Below, in pieces: positions 28,875 to 38,190 of a DNA stretch of 64,000 bases. Within the stretch, counting starts at the first letter, position 1; the number at the start of each line of letters is the position of its first letter. Origin of the DNA: Patescibacteria group bacterium (lineage in GTDB: Bacteria > Patescibacteriota > Minisyncoccia > Phycocordibacterales > PALSA-1337); NCBI GenBank assembly GCA_024654575.1, contig JANLHG010000014.1, positions 24,745 through 88,744 on the forward strand, in the 5' to 3' direction. Under the pieces are notes generated by a model, which was not told the DNA's origin, ran no database searches, and saw only the letters and a program-made list of their open reading frames with translations. The position numbers and the translations under genes were made by a program.

Positions 28875-30374
28875 TTATTTTACCCAATACTTTTTTCTTA
28901 TTTCTTCAACTTTTTCAGTTTCAGCTTCATCTTTCTTATCTTTTCCTTTTTTCCCTAATTTTTTTAGTTCTATATCTGGTAGTTTCATAAGTTCCTTAGC
29001 CCTTTTTTCTAAATATTCTATTGTATTAAGAGATGAATTTTCTAATATTTCTTCAAGTAAAGCGTTTAGAATGTAACCCACTTTAGGTCCAGGAGTTACA
29101 TGTGTAACGTCCATGGTAGTCTTTCCGTCTATTTTTAACATTCCCACAGATATAGGGTCTGTTAAAGCTTCCTCAATCATAGATTTGTATTTTCTGAGAC
29201 GATAAGGGTCTTCTTTAGGTCTTCCTGTACCAATTCTGTCGCAGATCCGTAAGTTCATAAGGTCCCAGATGTTTTCACGCGAAACATTAACTATCATTCT
29301 TCTTACAGCAGATAAGGTAATTTGTTCAGTATCACTAAAAAACATATGCCAACGTACTAATTTCGTTACTTTTTCAATAGTTTTTTTAGGAAATGATAGT
29401 CTAGATAGTATTATTTTTGTTACACGTGAACTAACTACATCATGACCGTAAAATGTCCACTCCTTCTTATCTTCTGCCCATCTTCTTGTTTCTGGTTTTG
29501 AAATATCGTGTAACAAAGCTGCTAAACGTATTTCAAGAGGCCATTTTTTATCTGCAGAATGTTGAAGAGAACGAAGTAAATGTTCCCAAACATCATAAGA
29601 ATGAGCTTGATTTTGTTCAACCCCTATAGTTTTTTCTAATTCTGGAATAATATATCTTAAAATACCTAATTTTTGGGCTGTCTGCACTGTTTCCATTGGT
29701 CTATCGGACATAATGATGCGAATGAATTCATCTCGTATTCTTTCCTTTGCGATATTTTCTAAAAGACAAATATTGTCCTTTATAGCTTTTTGAGTATCTA
29801 GTTCTATTGAGAATTCTAACTCAGCATGTAGTCTTAATGCTCTTAGCATACGAAGAGCATCTTCATTAAAACGATCATTTGGCTTCCCTACTGTTTTAAT
29901 AATTTTATTTTTTATATCAGACTGCCCATCAAATAGATCAATGATTTCATATTCATCATTTTTTATTTGCCTTAATGCTATAGCATTAATTGTAAAATCT
30001 CTTCGTTTTAAGTCATTTTCAAGATTATCACTGAAGCTAACTGAGTCTGGACGTCTAAAATCAGAATAAACACCCTCAAGTCTGTATGGTGTAACTTCAA
30101 TAATTTTTAAAGTTTCATTTTCAGTACTTTCATTAACAACACCAACTGTTCCATAGGTATTTTCATAGAATGTTTTTGGGAACAATTTAATTATTTCCTC
30201 TGGTTTTGCGTTTGTTGTAATATCCCAATCTTTAGGATTTCTATTTAAAAGTAAATCTCTAGTACAACCACCAATTATATAAGCTTCAAAACCAGCTTTT
30301 TCAAGTGTTGAGGTCACATTACTCACTTCTTCAGGAATTTTAAAGCCAAATGTCTTTTTTGAGCCTTTAATCAT
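28875..30374 (-). CDS. cca: CCA-adding tRNA nucleotidyltransferase with an HD domain
   Basis: GGCTRDLLL nucleotidyltransferase motif and a downstream HD region. Confidence 0.75.
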   Translation of the reverse strand: MIKGSKKTFGFKIPEEVSNVTSTLEKAGFEAYIIGGCTRDLLLNRNPKDWDITTNAKPEEIIKLFPKTFYENTYGTVGVVNESTENETLKIIEVTPYRLEGVYSDFRRPDSVSFSDNLENDLKRRDFTINAIALRQIKNDEYEIIDLFDGQSDIKNKIIKTVGKPNDRFNEDALRMLRALRLHAELEFSIELDTQKAIKDNICLLENIAKERIRDEFIRIIMSDRPMETVQTAQKLGILRYIIPELEKTIGVEQNQAHSYDVWEHLLRSLQHSADKKWPLEIRLAALLHDISKPETRRWAEDKKEWTFYGHDVVSSRVTKIILSRLSFPKKTIEKVTKLVRWHMFFSDTEQITLSAVRRMIVNVSRENIWDLMNLRICDRIGTGRPKEDPYRLRKYKSMIEEALTDPISVGMLKIDGKTTMDVTHVTPGPKVGYILNALLEEILENSSLNTIEYLEKRAKELMKLPDIELKKLGKKGKDKKDEAETEKVEEIRKKYWVK

Positions 30375-30437
30375 ATAATAATTGTATTACACCTTTTGAT
30401 TTTTGACTAATATAAGTTATGATATTAAGGACGCAAT

Positions 30438-30509
30438 GCACCCATAGTGAAATGGATATCATACCGGTCTTCGGAACCGTTGTTCCAGGTTCGAATCCTG
30501 GTGGGTGCA
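30438..30509 (+). tRNA. tRNA-Arg (anticodon TCG)
   Basis: Cloverleaf folded by hand: acceptor GCACCCA/TGGGTGC, anticodon loop CTTCGGA, T-arm CCAGG-TTCGAAT-CCTGG. There is one C:U mismatch at 27:43. Confidence 0.75.
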
Positions 30510-30511
30510 CT

Positions 30512-30582
30512 GCGGGTATGGTTTAGTGGTAGAACACGTCCTTGCCAAGGATGAGACGGGAGTTCGATTCTCCCTACCCGCA
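30512..30582 (+). tRNA. tRNA-Gly (anticodon GCC)
   Basis: Acceptor GCGGGTA/TACCCGC, anticodon loop TTGCCAA, T-loop TTCGATT. Confidence 0.88.
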
Positions 30583-30680
30583 CAGACAAAAATGTCCACA
30601 AAAGTGGATAACTATGTGGACAGTGTGTATAAAGGACATAAAAATAGAGTTTTTGTCTTATAAAATGTCTTATTGATAAT

Positions 30681-31073
30681 ATGTTTCACGTGAAAAATAT
30701 AGTAGGAAAGACTGGTGAGGATATAGCTTGTACGTTTCTTATGAAACAAGGATTTAGTATAATTGAAAGAAATTACTTAAAGAAGTGGGGAGAGATTGAT
30801 ATTATTGGATTAAAAGAGGGAACACTACATTTTTTTGAAGTGAAGACAGTCTCTAGAGATTTGAATGTTACATATGAAACAAACGATTCATATAGAGCAG
30901 AGGATAATATTCATTTATGGAAAGTAAAACGATTAAAAAGGGTAATTCAAACTTATTTATCTAGTGATGGTGTTAAATATGGAGATAATTGGCAATTTAA
31001 TATTATTACAGTTTTATTGGACACAGTTCATAATCTTAATAAAGTAGATCTTTGGGAAGATGTAATTTTGTAA
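30681..31073 (+). CDS. YraN-family (UPF0102) endonuclease-like protein
   Basis: N-terminal GEDIACTFLMKQGFSIIERNY...EIDII pattern. 130 aa. Confidence 0.6.
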   Translation: MFHVKNIVGKTGEDIACTFLMKQGFSIIERNYLKKWGEIDIIGLKEGTLHFFEVKTVSRDLNVTYETNDSYRAEDNIHLWKVKRLKRVIQTYLSSDGVKYGDNWQFNIITVLLDTVHNLNKVDLWEDVIL

Positions 31074-31109
31074 AAGACATTACAGTGTGTTAATATTTGG
31101 AAGTTATAT

Positions 31110-31182
31110 CGGAGTGTGGTGTAACGGTTAACATTCCTGTTTTGGGAACAGGCGACTCAGGGTTCGAATCCCTGCACTCCGA
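31110..31182 (+). tRNA. tRNA-Pro (anticodon TGG)
   Basis: Acceptor CGGAGTG/CACTCCG, anticodon stem CCTGT/ACAGG with loop TTTGGGA, T-arm CAGGG-TTCGAAT-CCCTG. Confidence 0.88.
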
Positions 31183-31198
31183 CAGATAAAAATATCTT

Positions 31199-31501
31199 AT
31201 GGCAAAGAGTTTTATACGTACAATAGAAGATTTTACTTGTAAACATTGTAAAATAATAGTAAAAGGGGATGGGTATACGAATCATTGTCCTGATTGCCTT
31301 TGGAGTATGCATGTAGATGTAAATCCTGGAGATAGACTTCATGATTGTGGGGGATTGATGAAACCAATATTGCTAGATAAAAAGGGTGATATCTATGTTA
31401 TAAGCCACAAATGTGAGATTTGTGGTTTTATTCGAAACAACAAAATAGGGAACAATGATAATTTTGAATTGGCTATTGCAATTTCTAATGGAAGTGTATA
31501 A
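31199..31501 (+). CDS. RNHCP-domain zinc-ribbon protein
   Basis: CKHC ... TNHCPDC ... CEIC cysteine pattern. Confidence 0.6.
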   Translation: MAKSFIRTIEDFTCKHCKIIVKGDGYTNHCPDCLWSMHVDVNPGDRLHDCGGLMKPILLDKKGDIYVISHKCEICGFIRNNKIGNNDNFELAIAISNGSV

Positions 31502-31632
31502 TTATGTTGTTAGTTTTAATACCTCGGTCAATTGAAACTAGCACTTTATCATTTAATTTAAAATTGTATGGAAACATGCGAAAAATGTGGAAAGCCCGCA
31601 GATAAATGTGAGTGTGAATAGTTTCTAATAAT

Positions 31633-31664
31633 AAAACTCCCCATTGTGGGGAGTTTTATTATTT
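31633..31664 (+). terminator. Rho-independent terminator
   Basis: Perfect hairpin AAAACTCCCCA-TTG-TGGGGAGTTTT followed by ATTATTT. Confidence 0.7.
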
Positions 31665-31681
31665 GCTATAGTTTTGTTATC

Positions 31682-31752
31682 GCGGGATTAGTTTAGTGGT
31701 AAAACAACAGTTTTCCAAACTGTGGTCGGGAGTTCGATTCCCCCATCCCGCA
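31682..31752 (+). tRNA. tRNA-Gly (anticodon TCC)
   Basis: Acceptor GCGGGAT/ATCCCGC, anticodon stem ACAGT/ACTGT with loop TTTCCAA. There is one A:C mismatch in the T-stem. Confidence 0.85.
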
Positions 31753-31761
31753 CATAATATT

Positions 31762-32034
31762 TTATTTTACTGCGTCTTTTAGTGCTTTTGCGGCTCGAAA
31801 CTTAGGTACTTTCATAGCTGGAACGCTTATAGCTTCACCAGTTCGAGGATTTCTTGCTTCTCGAGCGGCTCGCATTTTTACTGAAAATATACCAATTCCA
31901 GCTATCGATACTTCTTCTCCTCTCTTCAAAGTATCAATTATTGAACTAACTACTTTTTCAACTGCTTGCTCGGCTTGAACTTTTGTTCCGCCGATAACTG
32001 TGTGCACTGCTTCTATTATTCCTTGTTTATTCAT
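31762..32034 (-). CDS. hup: HU/IHF-family DNA-binding protein
   Basis: 90 aa with RNPRTGE and the beta-arm signature. Confidence 0.88.
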   Translation of the reverse strand: MNKQGIIEAVHTVIGGTKVQAEQAVEKVVSSIIDTLKRGEEVSIAGIGIFSVKMRAAREARNPRTGEAISVPAMKVPKFRAAKALKDAVK

Positions 32035-32103
32035 AAATATATTTACTTTACGCTAATAAAAAATTATGGTCTTAACCTCTAGACCATTATATCTCAAGCC
32101 ATT

Positions 32104-32937
32104 TTATGACGCAAGCGGTTGTTTTGGTATATCTTTATCTAACCTTTTTGCCTCCGCCCAAGCTAGCTCATAAATCTTTTTCATCGCATCTGCTATCTCG
32201 GCACTTTCAATAATCACACCAAGCTTTTCTTTCCATGAAGCGATCATAACTTTGTTGTCGTAAATGTTTATCTCAGGTGAAAAATAATATTTATCTGGTG
32301 GTACGAATGCGATTTCTCTTTTTTCTTCTATATTATGTGTTCCACGTTCTTCTCCTGTAGGTGTTTTAGGTACGATTGCACGAATCGCAATACCTTTTTC
32401 TGCACGCCTCTTGTAGTAGGCGGGGAAGTAGTTTGGAAGTCCTTTGTGCATATCATCTACATTTGCGTATGCTCGAATCGCTTCGCTTGATGTGAGCGTA
32501 TCTTCATACACGTGCTTCAATCCATCGCTTCCTTCATAAAATTTTATCTTTGGTCTATTTTGACCAGCTTCTACAGATCGAAGTTGAGGAATTAATAATT
32601 CGGCTTTTTTGATTTGTTCATTTGTATCATCAATCTTATTTTTTAAATATTTAACAATAGCCTCTGGGGGTTCAACAGAATATTCAGATTTAGGCTCTTT
32701 ACCTGATATGTTAACTAAACCTTTATTAAATAGAGTATCCAGAATATCGTAGCCAGTAGTACGATTAATACCAGCTTTTCTAGAGATTTGAGATACTGTC
32801 CCGTGACCAAGTTCTAAAAGTCCAATATAAACATCGGCTTCTTTGTTACTTAATTCAAAAGATTGAAGAGTTAGTTTAAGTTCTTTATTACTTTCATTCA
32901 TATTTGTAAGTATATACATAAACAATTTATGTGTCAA
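32104..32937 (-). CDS. TrmB-family transcriptional regulator
   Basis: N-terminal wHTH (LSNKEADVYIGLLELGHGTVSQISRKAGINRTTGYDILDTL). Confidence 0.6.
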   Translation of the reverse strand: MTHKLFMYILTNMNESNKELKLTLQSFELSNKEADVYIGLLELGHGTVSQISRKAGINRTTGYDILDTLFNKGLVNISGKEPKSEYSVEPPEAIVKYLKNKIDDTNEQIKKAELLIPQLRSVEAGQNRPKIKFYEGSDGLKHVYEDTLTSSEAIRAYANVDDMHKGLPNYFPAYYKRRAEKGIAIRAIVPKTPTGEERGTHNIEEKREIAFVPPDKYYFSPEINIYDNKVMIASWKEKLGVIIESAEIADAMKKIYELAWAEAKRLDKDIPKQPLAS

Positions 32938-33018
32938 TTATTTTCCACAAAAATATGTTGACAAGATAACATATATTGTTATATATGATTATACTAGCTA
33001 TTTACTTGACGAAATATA

Positions 33019-33047
33019 TTGACAATATCTATCCACTATGCTATACT
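33019..33047 (+). promoter_or_regulatory. Consensus sigma70-type promoter (TTGACA, 17 bp spacer, TATACT)
   Basis: Exact -35 and near-exact -10 spaced 17 bp. A second TTGACA/TATATA pair lies at 32958..32985. Palindromic AACATATATTGTT-like elements sit in the divergent trmB-like regulator's control region. Confidence 0.5.
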
Positions 33048-33151
33048 TATCTTCAGATCATCAGGAAGTAGGGCATAAAGCCAGTTCTGCTAACACTAGG
33101 ATATAGAAGATCAAAACGATCTTCTAATACTTACCAGATGAATACTGTTCT

Positions 33152-33613
33152 ATGAAAATTCTAATCGTCGAAGACAATATTGCGGAACTCGCTCGTGCCG
33201 TCAAAATCGCTACGGAAATGGGGTTCGAAGTAGTTACTGCTACGGATGCATCTGTTGGATCAAAAATGGTCTGCAAAGATGTGTGGAATCAGACCACCAA
33301 TGAGACCACTTATACTCCACTCGTAGATGGAGTCGTGACAGACATATTCATGCCGTACTTCGAAAAAGAAGATTGGAGGCACAATTCGGACAGTCCTTGT
33401 GGAGTCATGGTGGCGATGGCTGCAAAAGCGGCGGGTTTACCGTGTTGCTTTTGCACGGGAGGGTACCATCACGGGGCGAAATTCCAGTGGATTCAGACAA
33501 TGGGAAGATATATCAATATCGGCATGGTCGATTCCGGTTCTGGCGAAGAGATGGATGCCCCCAAGAAATGGAAAGAAGCTCTGGAGAATGTGAAAAGCAG
33601 TATAATCTGCTAA
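33152..33613 (+). CDS. Atypical CheY-like receiver-domain protein with a Cys-rich segment, on a GC-rich islet
   Basis: MKILIVEDN start and a VVTDIFMPY phospho-acceptor-like motif, but a non-canonical T/K region and a PCCFCTGGYHHG cluster. Local GC is about 47% against about 30% for its flanks. Confidence 0.45.
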   Translation: MKILIVEDNIAELARAVKIATEMGFEVVTATDASVGSKMVCKDVWNQTTNETTYTPLVDGVVTDIFMPYFEKEDWRHNSDSPCGVMVAMAAKAAGLPCCFCTGGYHHGAKFQWIQTMGRYINIGMVDSGSGEEMDAPKKWKEALENVKSSIIC

Positions 33614-33759
33614 AGACAATGGAGATATGCCTATCACAAACTCTAACCTCATGCAGAAATGCATGGGGTTTTTATATGTTACATATTTTAATATGAAGAA
33701 GGATTTTGATGGGTGGAATAAAAAAAGAAAAAATTGAACAAGCTTTTGTTATAAAATCG

Positions 33760-33783
33760 AAACCCCGCTGTAAAGCGGGGTTT
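33760..33783. terminator. Bidirectional rho-independent terminator
   Basis: Hairpin AAACCCCGC-TGTAAA-GCGGGGTTT between the convergent rny and receiver-like genes. Confidence 0.7.
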
Positions 33784-33830
33784 CTCGGAGGCCGAAGCCA
33801 CTGTGTACTTATACACTAGCATATTGTTAA

Positions 33831-35360
33831 TTATCGTGCAACTTCAACTGCACGCATTTCGCGGATGACATTGACTTTGATTTCGCCTGGATATTTTAGA
33901 TCATTTTCTATTTTTACAGCAATTTCGTGTGCCATTGTCTTGGCTTCAAGGTCGGTTACTTGTTCTGGAGTGACAAAAATTCTTATTTCTCGTCCTGCTT
34001 GTAGGGCATATGATTTTTCAACACCTTTAAAAGAATTAGCTATTGCTTCCAAATCCTCAAGTCGTTTTAGATAATTTTCAATAGAATCTCGTCTCGCTCC
34101 CGGTCTTGCTCCTGATATAGAGTCAGCAGTTTGTACAATGATTGATTCAATCGTCTCATAAGGATATTCCTCATGATGTGCTTGCATGGCTTTGATGATT
34201 TCTTCATTTGTACCGAATTTTTGTAATATTCTGCGACCTATTTCTACGTGAGTACCTGCAACTTCGTGGTCTACAGACTTACCTATGTCATGGAGTAGGG
34301 CACCAGCTTTTGCTGTAGAAACGTTTGCTCCAAGCTCTTCAGCAATCATTCCGGCAATATGAGCCATTTCTATTGAATGTTGAAGAACATTTTGTCCATA
34401 ACTTGTTCTAAAGTGAAGTCGGCCCAAAATAGCCATAACTCTTGGATCAAGGTTGAATATACCGCATTCATAAGCAGCTTGTTCACCTTTTTCTTTAATT
34501 ATCTTATTAATATCTAATTGAGCTTTTTCGACAATTTTTTCAATTTTAACTGGTTGAATTCTTCCGTCTTTAATGAGTTCTTCAAGTGCCATTTTGGCTA
34601 CCTGTCTTCTAACAGGGTCAAAAGAGGAGATAGTGATTGCTCCTGGAGTATCATCTACGATTACTTCAACCCCAGTTACTCGCTCAAAAGCCTTTATGTT
34701 TCGGCCCTCTTTTCCTATGATTTTTCCTTTTATTTCATCATTTGGAATAGTAACGCTTGTTGACATAATGTCTGAAGCGACAGAACTGGCGAGACGTTGA
34801 ATAGAGGTACTTAATATATTTTTAGCTTTATTCTCTAATCTTTCAGTTCCGGATGTTTCTATTTTTCTAATTCTAGAAAGAATGTCGTCTTCAAATTTTT
34901 GCTCTATTAAGGTAAATAACTCTTGTTTTGCTTCTTCTTCTGTAAGTTGGGTAATTTTTTCGAGGGATTCTTTTCTTTCTAATTCAAGTTTATCAGCTCT
35001 TTCTCTAATTTCCTTTATTTCAATGATTTTTGTCTTGATATTTTCTACTTCTGAGTCAATATCTACTTGTCTTTTATCTAGAAGGTCTTCTTTTTTTATT
35101 AGTCTATTCTCTGTTTGTTTCGTTTTTTCTTCTTTTTCCTTTATTTCTTTTCGTATTTCCTGCATTGTTTCTGTGGCCTTTTTTTCTGCTTCAGCTGTTA
35201 TTTTCTTTGCATCTTCTTTAGCTTCTAGCATCATTTGCTTTATTTCTAGCTCCATTGAGCCTTTTTTACCTAAAGAAATGATAAGACGCAAGAAATAACC
35301 AATCGCAACACCAGCTAGGCCCGCAGCACTTGCGAGAAGCAATATTACTTTTAGTGACAT
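33831..35360 (-). CDS. rny: Ribonuclease Y
   Basis: N-terminal TM helix, coiled-coil, KH (GKEGRNIKAFERVTGVEVIVDD) and HD (LHDIGK...H) domains. Confidence 0.88.
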   Translation of the reverse strand: MSLKVILLLASAAGLAGVAIGYFLRLIISLGKKGSMELEIKQMMLEAKEDAKKITAEAEKKATETMQEIRKEIKEKEEKTKQTENRLIKKEDLLDKRQVDIDSEVENIKTKIIEIKEIRERADKLELERKESLEKITQLTEEEAKQELFTLIEQKFEDDILSRIRKIETSGTERLENKAKNILSTSIQRLASSVASDIMSTSVTIPNDEIKGKIIGKEGRNIKAFERVTGVEVIVDDTPGAITISSFDPVRRQVAKMALEELIKDGRIQPVKIEKIVEKAQLDINKIIKEKGEQAAYECGIFNLDPRVMAILGRLHFRTSYGQNVLQHSIEMAHIAGMIAEELGANVSTAKAGALLHDIGKSVDHEVAGTHVEIGRRILQKFGTNEEIIKAMQAHHEEYPYETIESIIVQTADSISGARPGARRDSIENYLKRLEDLEAIANSFKGVEKSYALQAGREIRIFVTPEQVTDLEAKTMAHEIAVKIENDLKYPGEIKVNVIREMRAVEVAR

Positions 35361-35378
35361 AAGTTTAAGTGTTAATTT

Positions 35379-35951
35379 TTAAAGTACTTTATCGATAATA
35401 CCATATTTCTTTGCTTCTTCTGTATCCATAAAGAAATCCCGATCAACGTCTTTCTCTATTTTTGATACAGGTTGCCCCGTATTTTTTGCTAGTATTTTAT
35501 TCAAAACTTCGCGATTTTTTAGTATTCTTTTAGCACTTATCTCTATATCGGAAGCTTGTCCTTCAGCACCGCCTAAAGGTTGATGAATCATAACTTCAGC
35601 ATTAGGAAGAGCAAATCTCTTACCTTTTTTTCCAGCAGATAGAATTACCGCCCCCATAGAAGCAGCGAGTCCTACGCAGACAGTAGAGACATCATTTTTA
35701 ATATGATTCATAGTGTCAACTATGGCAAGTCCAGAAGTCACCATTCCACCAGGCGAATTAACGTAAAGCCAAATATCCTTTTTGGGATCTTCGGATTGTA
35801 AAAATAATAATTGGGCTATAACTATATTTGCAGAATCGTCATCTATAGGTCCTCCTAGAAAAATAATATTTTCTCTAAGTAGTCGCGAATATATATCATA
35901 TGCTCGCTCGCCGAATTGTGATTTTTCAATAACGGTAGGAATTAAGTTCAT
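35379..35951 (-). CDS. clpP: ATP-dependent Clp protease proteolytic subunit
   Basis: [17 protein letters not shown], and the catalytic Ser and His context is conserved. Confidence 0.9.
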   Translation of the reverse strand: MNLIPTVIEKSQFGERAYDIYSRLLRENIIFLGGPIDDDSANIVIAQLLFLQSEDPKKDIWLYVNSPGGMVTSGLAIVDTMNHIKNDVSTVCVGLAASMGAVILSAGKKGKRFALPNAEVMIHQPLGGAEGQASDIEISAKRILKNREVLNKILAKNTGQPVSKIEKDVDRDFFMDTEEAKKYGIIDKVL

Positions 35952-36036
35952 AATATTATTGCAATTTAAATTTTAATAAGCTACATTATTAAAATACCAT
36001 ATTTATTTAATAGTAGCAATATGGTACATTGTTTGT

Positions 36037-36744
36037 ATGAAAATTCATAGATTTTTTGTTGAAGAAAAATTAAATAATAAAAAAGAATTTGAAACGAGTA
36101 ATGTTGAATTTATTCATCAATGGAAAAATGTCTTTAGATTGAAAGTAGGGGATAAAGTAATTTTGTTAGACAATAGCGGTTTTGAATTTTATGGAACAAT
36201 ATCTTTACTCTCAAAAAACAAAGCAATTATTTTTATTGATGAAATTAAAGAAAATATTAAACCAAAAAAATTAAAAGAATATGAAGTCCATCTTTATATT
36301 TCGTTAATTAAAAAAAATAACTTTGAATTAGTGTTAGAAAAAGGAACTGAACTTGGAGTTACATGTTTCATCCCAATTATTTCTGATAGAAGTGAAAATA
36401 AAAATTTTAATATGGAACGCGCTCAAAAAATTATTAAAGAAGCTAGTGAACAAAGTGAGCGAGGTTTTCTTCCCACTCTTGAAAATGTCACTAACCTTAA
36501 TAATCAGTTATTGAGTGACAAAGATATTTCTTTTTTTGCCTTTCATCTTTTTGGAGAAAAATATAATTCAAATAATTTTATGAATAAAAAAAAGATTGGA
36601 ATTATTGTAGGTCCTGAAGGTGGATGGACAGATAGGGAACTTGATTTTTTTAAGACAAAAAAAATTCCAATTATCTCTCTTGGTTCACAAACGCTTCGTT
36701 CGGAAACAGCTTCTATTGCCGTTTCATCGTTACTTCTACTTTAA
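36037..36744 (+). CDS. rsmE: 16S rRNA (uracil1498-N3)-methyltransferase RsmE-like
   Basis: MKIHRFFVEE start and a C-terminal SPOUT-like segment (GPEGGWTDRELDFF). Confidence 0.7.
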   Translation: MKIHRFFVEEKLNNKKEFETSNVEFIHQWKNVFRLKVGDKVILLDNSGFEFYGTISLLSKNKAIIFIDEIKENIKPKKLKEYEVHLYISLIKKNNFELVLEKGTELGVTCFIPIISDRSENKNFNMERAQKIIKEASEQSERGFLPTLENVTNLNNQLLSDKDISFFAFHLFGEKYNSNNFMNKKKIGIIVGPEGGWTDRELDFFKTKKIPIISLGSQTLRSETASIAVSSLLLL

Positions 36745-36746
36745 AA

Positions 36747-37547
36747 TTATTTTTCGGTGTTTTGTGAAACAGGTGAAGCACCCAGTAATTTCAACACTTT
36801 TTCATTAATGATAGCCATTTCAACATAATCTTTAACTCGCTCAGGATTAGCTTCTTTATATTGAGACATGATATTTTCAATCTCTTTTTCCATCTCTTCT
36901 TTTGGTGCCTCTATCTTTTCTTCGACTGCTATTTTATTTAAAATAAGCTGAGTTTTTACTTTTTTCTCAGCATTCACCATCCAATCGTTTTTAATTTCTT
37001 CTTCACTTTTTTTAACGTGTTCTAAATATTTTTCAAGTGTTCCGCCGTTGCGAATAATTTCTATTTTAAATAATTCTAACATTCTACTAAGTTCATTTTC
37101 TACTAAAACTTTAGGTATTTCCATTTCCGTTTCTTTCACAATTGTTTCTAGTAAAGAAGAGTCAACTGTCATAGCTTTATAGTCTGGTAATTTTATTTCA
37201 GGCATTACTGCAACATTGATAACAAAACCTAGAGGATTGTTTGGTGCAAGTTTAGTAAAAGAAACGTTTGGCCTAGAGATGGGAATAATTTTATTATCAT
37301 AAACAATTTTTGGATAAGCATTAGCAATCGCTAATTCAGCCATTTCTCCAAGAATAGTTATTTCACTAACATGTTTTTCTAAAACTTTTTCAGGAATATA
37401 ACCTTCACGAAAACCATCTATTTTTACATGTTCACCTAAATGTTTTAAAACTTTTTTCTTATGGATTATTAATTCTTCAAATGGAATGTCACCTTTAATT
37501 TCCACTTCTGAATGAGGTAGTTTTTTAATTGTTAGATTTGTATACAT
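36747..37547 (-). CDS. tig: Trigger-factor-like chaperone lacking the PPIase domain
   Basis: Ribosome-binding signature IDGFREGYIP (GFRxGxxP). At 266 aa there is no room for the FKBP domain. Confidence 0.5.
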   Translation of the reverse strand: MYTNLTIKKLPHSEVEIKGDIPFEELIIHKKKVLKHLGEHVKIDGFREGYIPEKVLEKHVSEITILGEMAELAIANAYPKIVYDNKIIPISRPNVSFTKLAPNNPLGFVINVAVMPEIKLPDYKAMTVDSSLLETIVKETEMEIPKVLVENELSRMLELFKIEIIRNGGTLEKYLEHVKKSEEEIKNDWMVNAEKKVKTQLILNKIAVEEKIEAPKEEMEKEIENIMSQYKEANPERVKDYVEMAIINEKVLKLLGASPVSQNTEK

Positions 37548-37549
37548 TT

Positions 37550-37759
37550 TTATATTTCCATTTTTAAATCTTCTTCAATGGATTTAAGGTCATCCGCTGG
37601 AGTAGTATTTTCAATATTATTTTGTTTTTGTGTTTTTTTATTTAATAGATTTGCCCAAAAATAAAGACCACCGAGAGATATCACAGTGATAATAATAATT
37701 GACCCTATAAGCGGACCAACTGCGTTTTCTTTTTGAGATTCATTATTGATATCGTTCAT
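37550..37759 (-). CDS. Small single-TM protein
   Basis: 69 aa with TM helix LIGSIIIITVISLGGLYFWANLL. Confidence 0.3.
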   Translation of the reverse strand: MNDINNESQKENAVGPLIGSIIIITVISLGGLYFWANLLNKKTQKQNNIENTTPADDLKSIEEDLKMEI

Positions 37760-37761
37760 AT

Positions 37762-38169
37762 TTAATGAATAGTTTCATTTATTAATTGAAGTGTTTTGCC
37801 GAGGGAATCGTGAATAAATATTAAACTTTCTGTTGATATTGGAGTTGTTGTTGAAATATTTTCTTTTGCTAAAGATAATTCCTTTTTAGCTTCTGACAAA
37901 TCTATTCCAATAATTTCTATTTTTTTTATTCTAGAATCAATGCGTTCGGCGATATCTTCCATTCTTAATTTTGTTTGTTTTTCTATTATTTCATTTCTAA
38001 TATTTTTATTAATTTCCTTATTTTCTTTTTTCTCATCAATTTTCTTGATTATAATTTTAAAAGGGTTTAAGAAAAAACTAACAAAAGAAACCTCTTCGGC
38101 GTACACATAGTGTCCGCTAGAAAAAAACATTAACATTCCCAATATAATGGCTAGGGCTTTGTTTTTCAT
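37762..38169 (-). CDS. Hypothetical secreted protein
   Basis: Signal peptide MKNKALAIILGMLMFFSSGHYVYA followed by a Lys/Glu-rich helical region. Confidence 0.3.
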   Translation of the reverse strand: MKNKALAIILGMLMFFSSGHYVYAEEVSFVSFFLNPFKIIIKKIDEKKENKEINKNIRNEIIEKQTKLRMEDIAERIDSRIKKIEIIGIDLSEAKKELSLAKENISTTTPISTESLIFIHDSLGKTLQLINETIH

Positions 38170-38190
38170 TGCATTATAATATCACAAAAA

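Noticed and set aside
30593-30621. Inverted repeat TGTCCACA-13 nt-TGTGGACA after tRNA-Gly(GCC)
   Set aside because: No flanking U-run and a large loop. It may be a weak processing or terminator element but is not a convincing terminator.
33373-33696. Three overlapping ORFs (33373..33696 +, 33399..33593 +, 33437..33664 -) in the GC-rich islet
   Set aside because: They are products of locally raised GC suppressing stop codons. They overlap the 153-aa receiver-like ORF, which has a sensible start and domain-like sequence.
33865-35298. Several plus-strand ORFs (69-138 aa) inside rny
   Set aside because: Antisense to a confidently identified RNase Y gene. Their Ser/Phe-rich low-complexity translations are typical of shadows.
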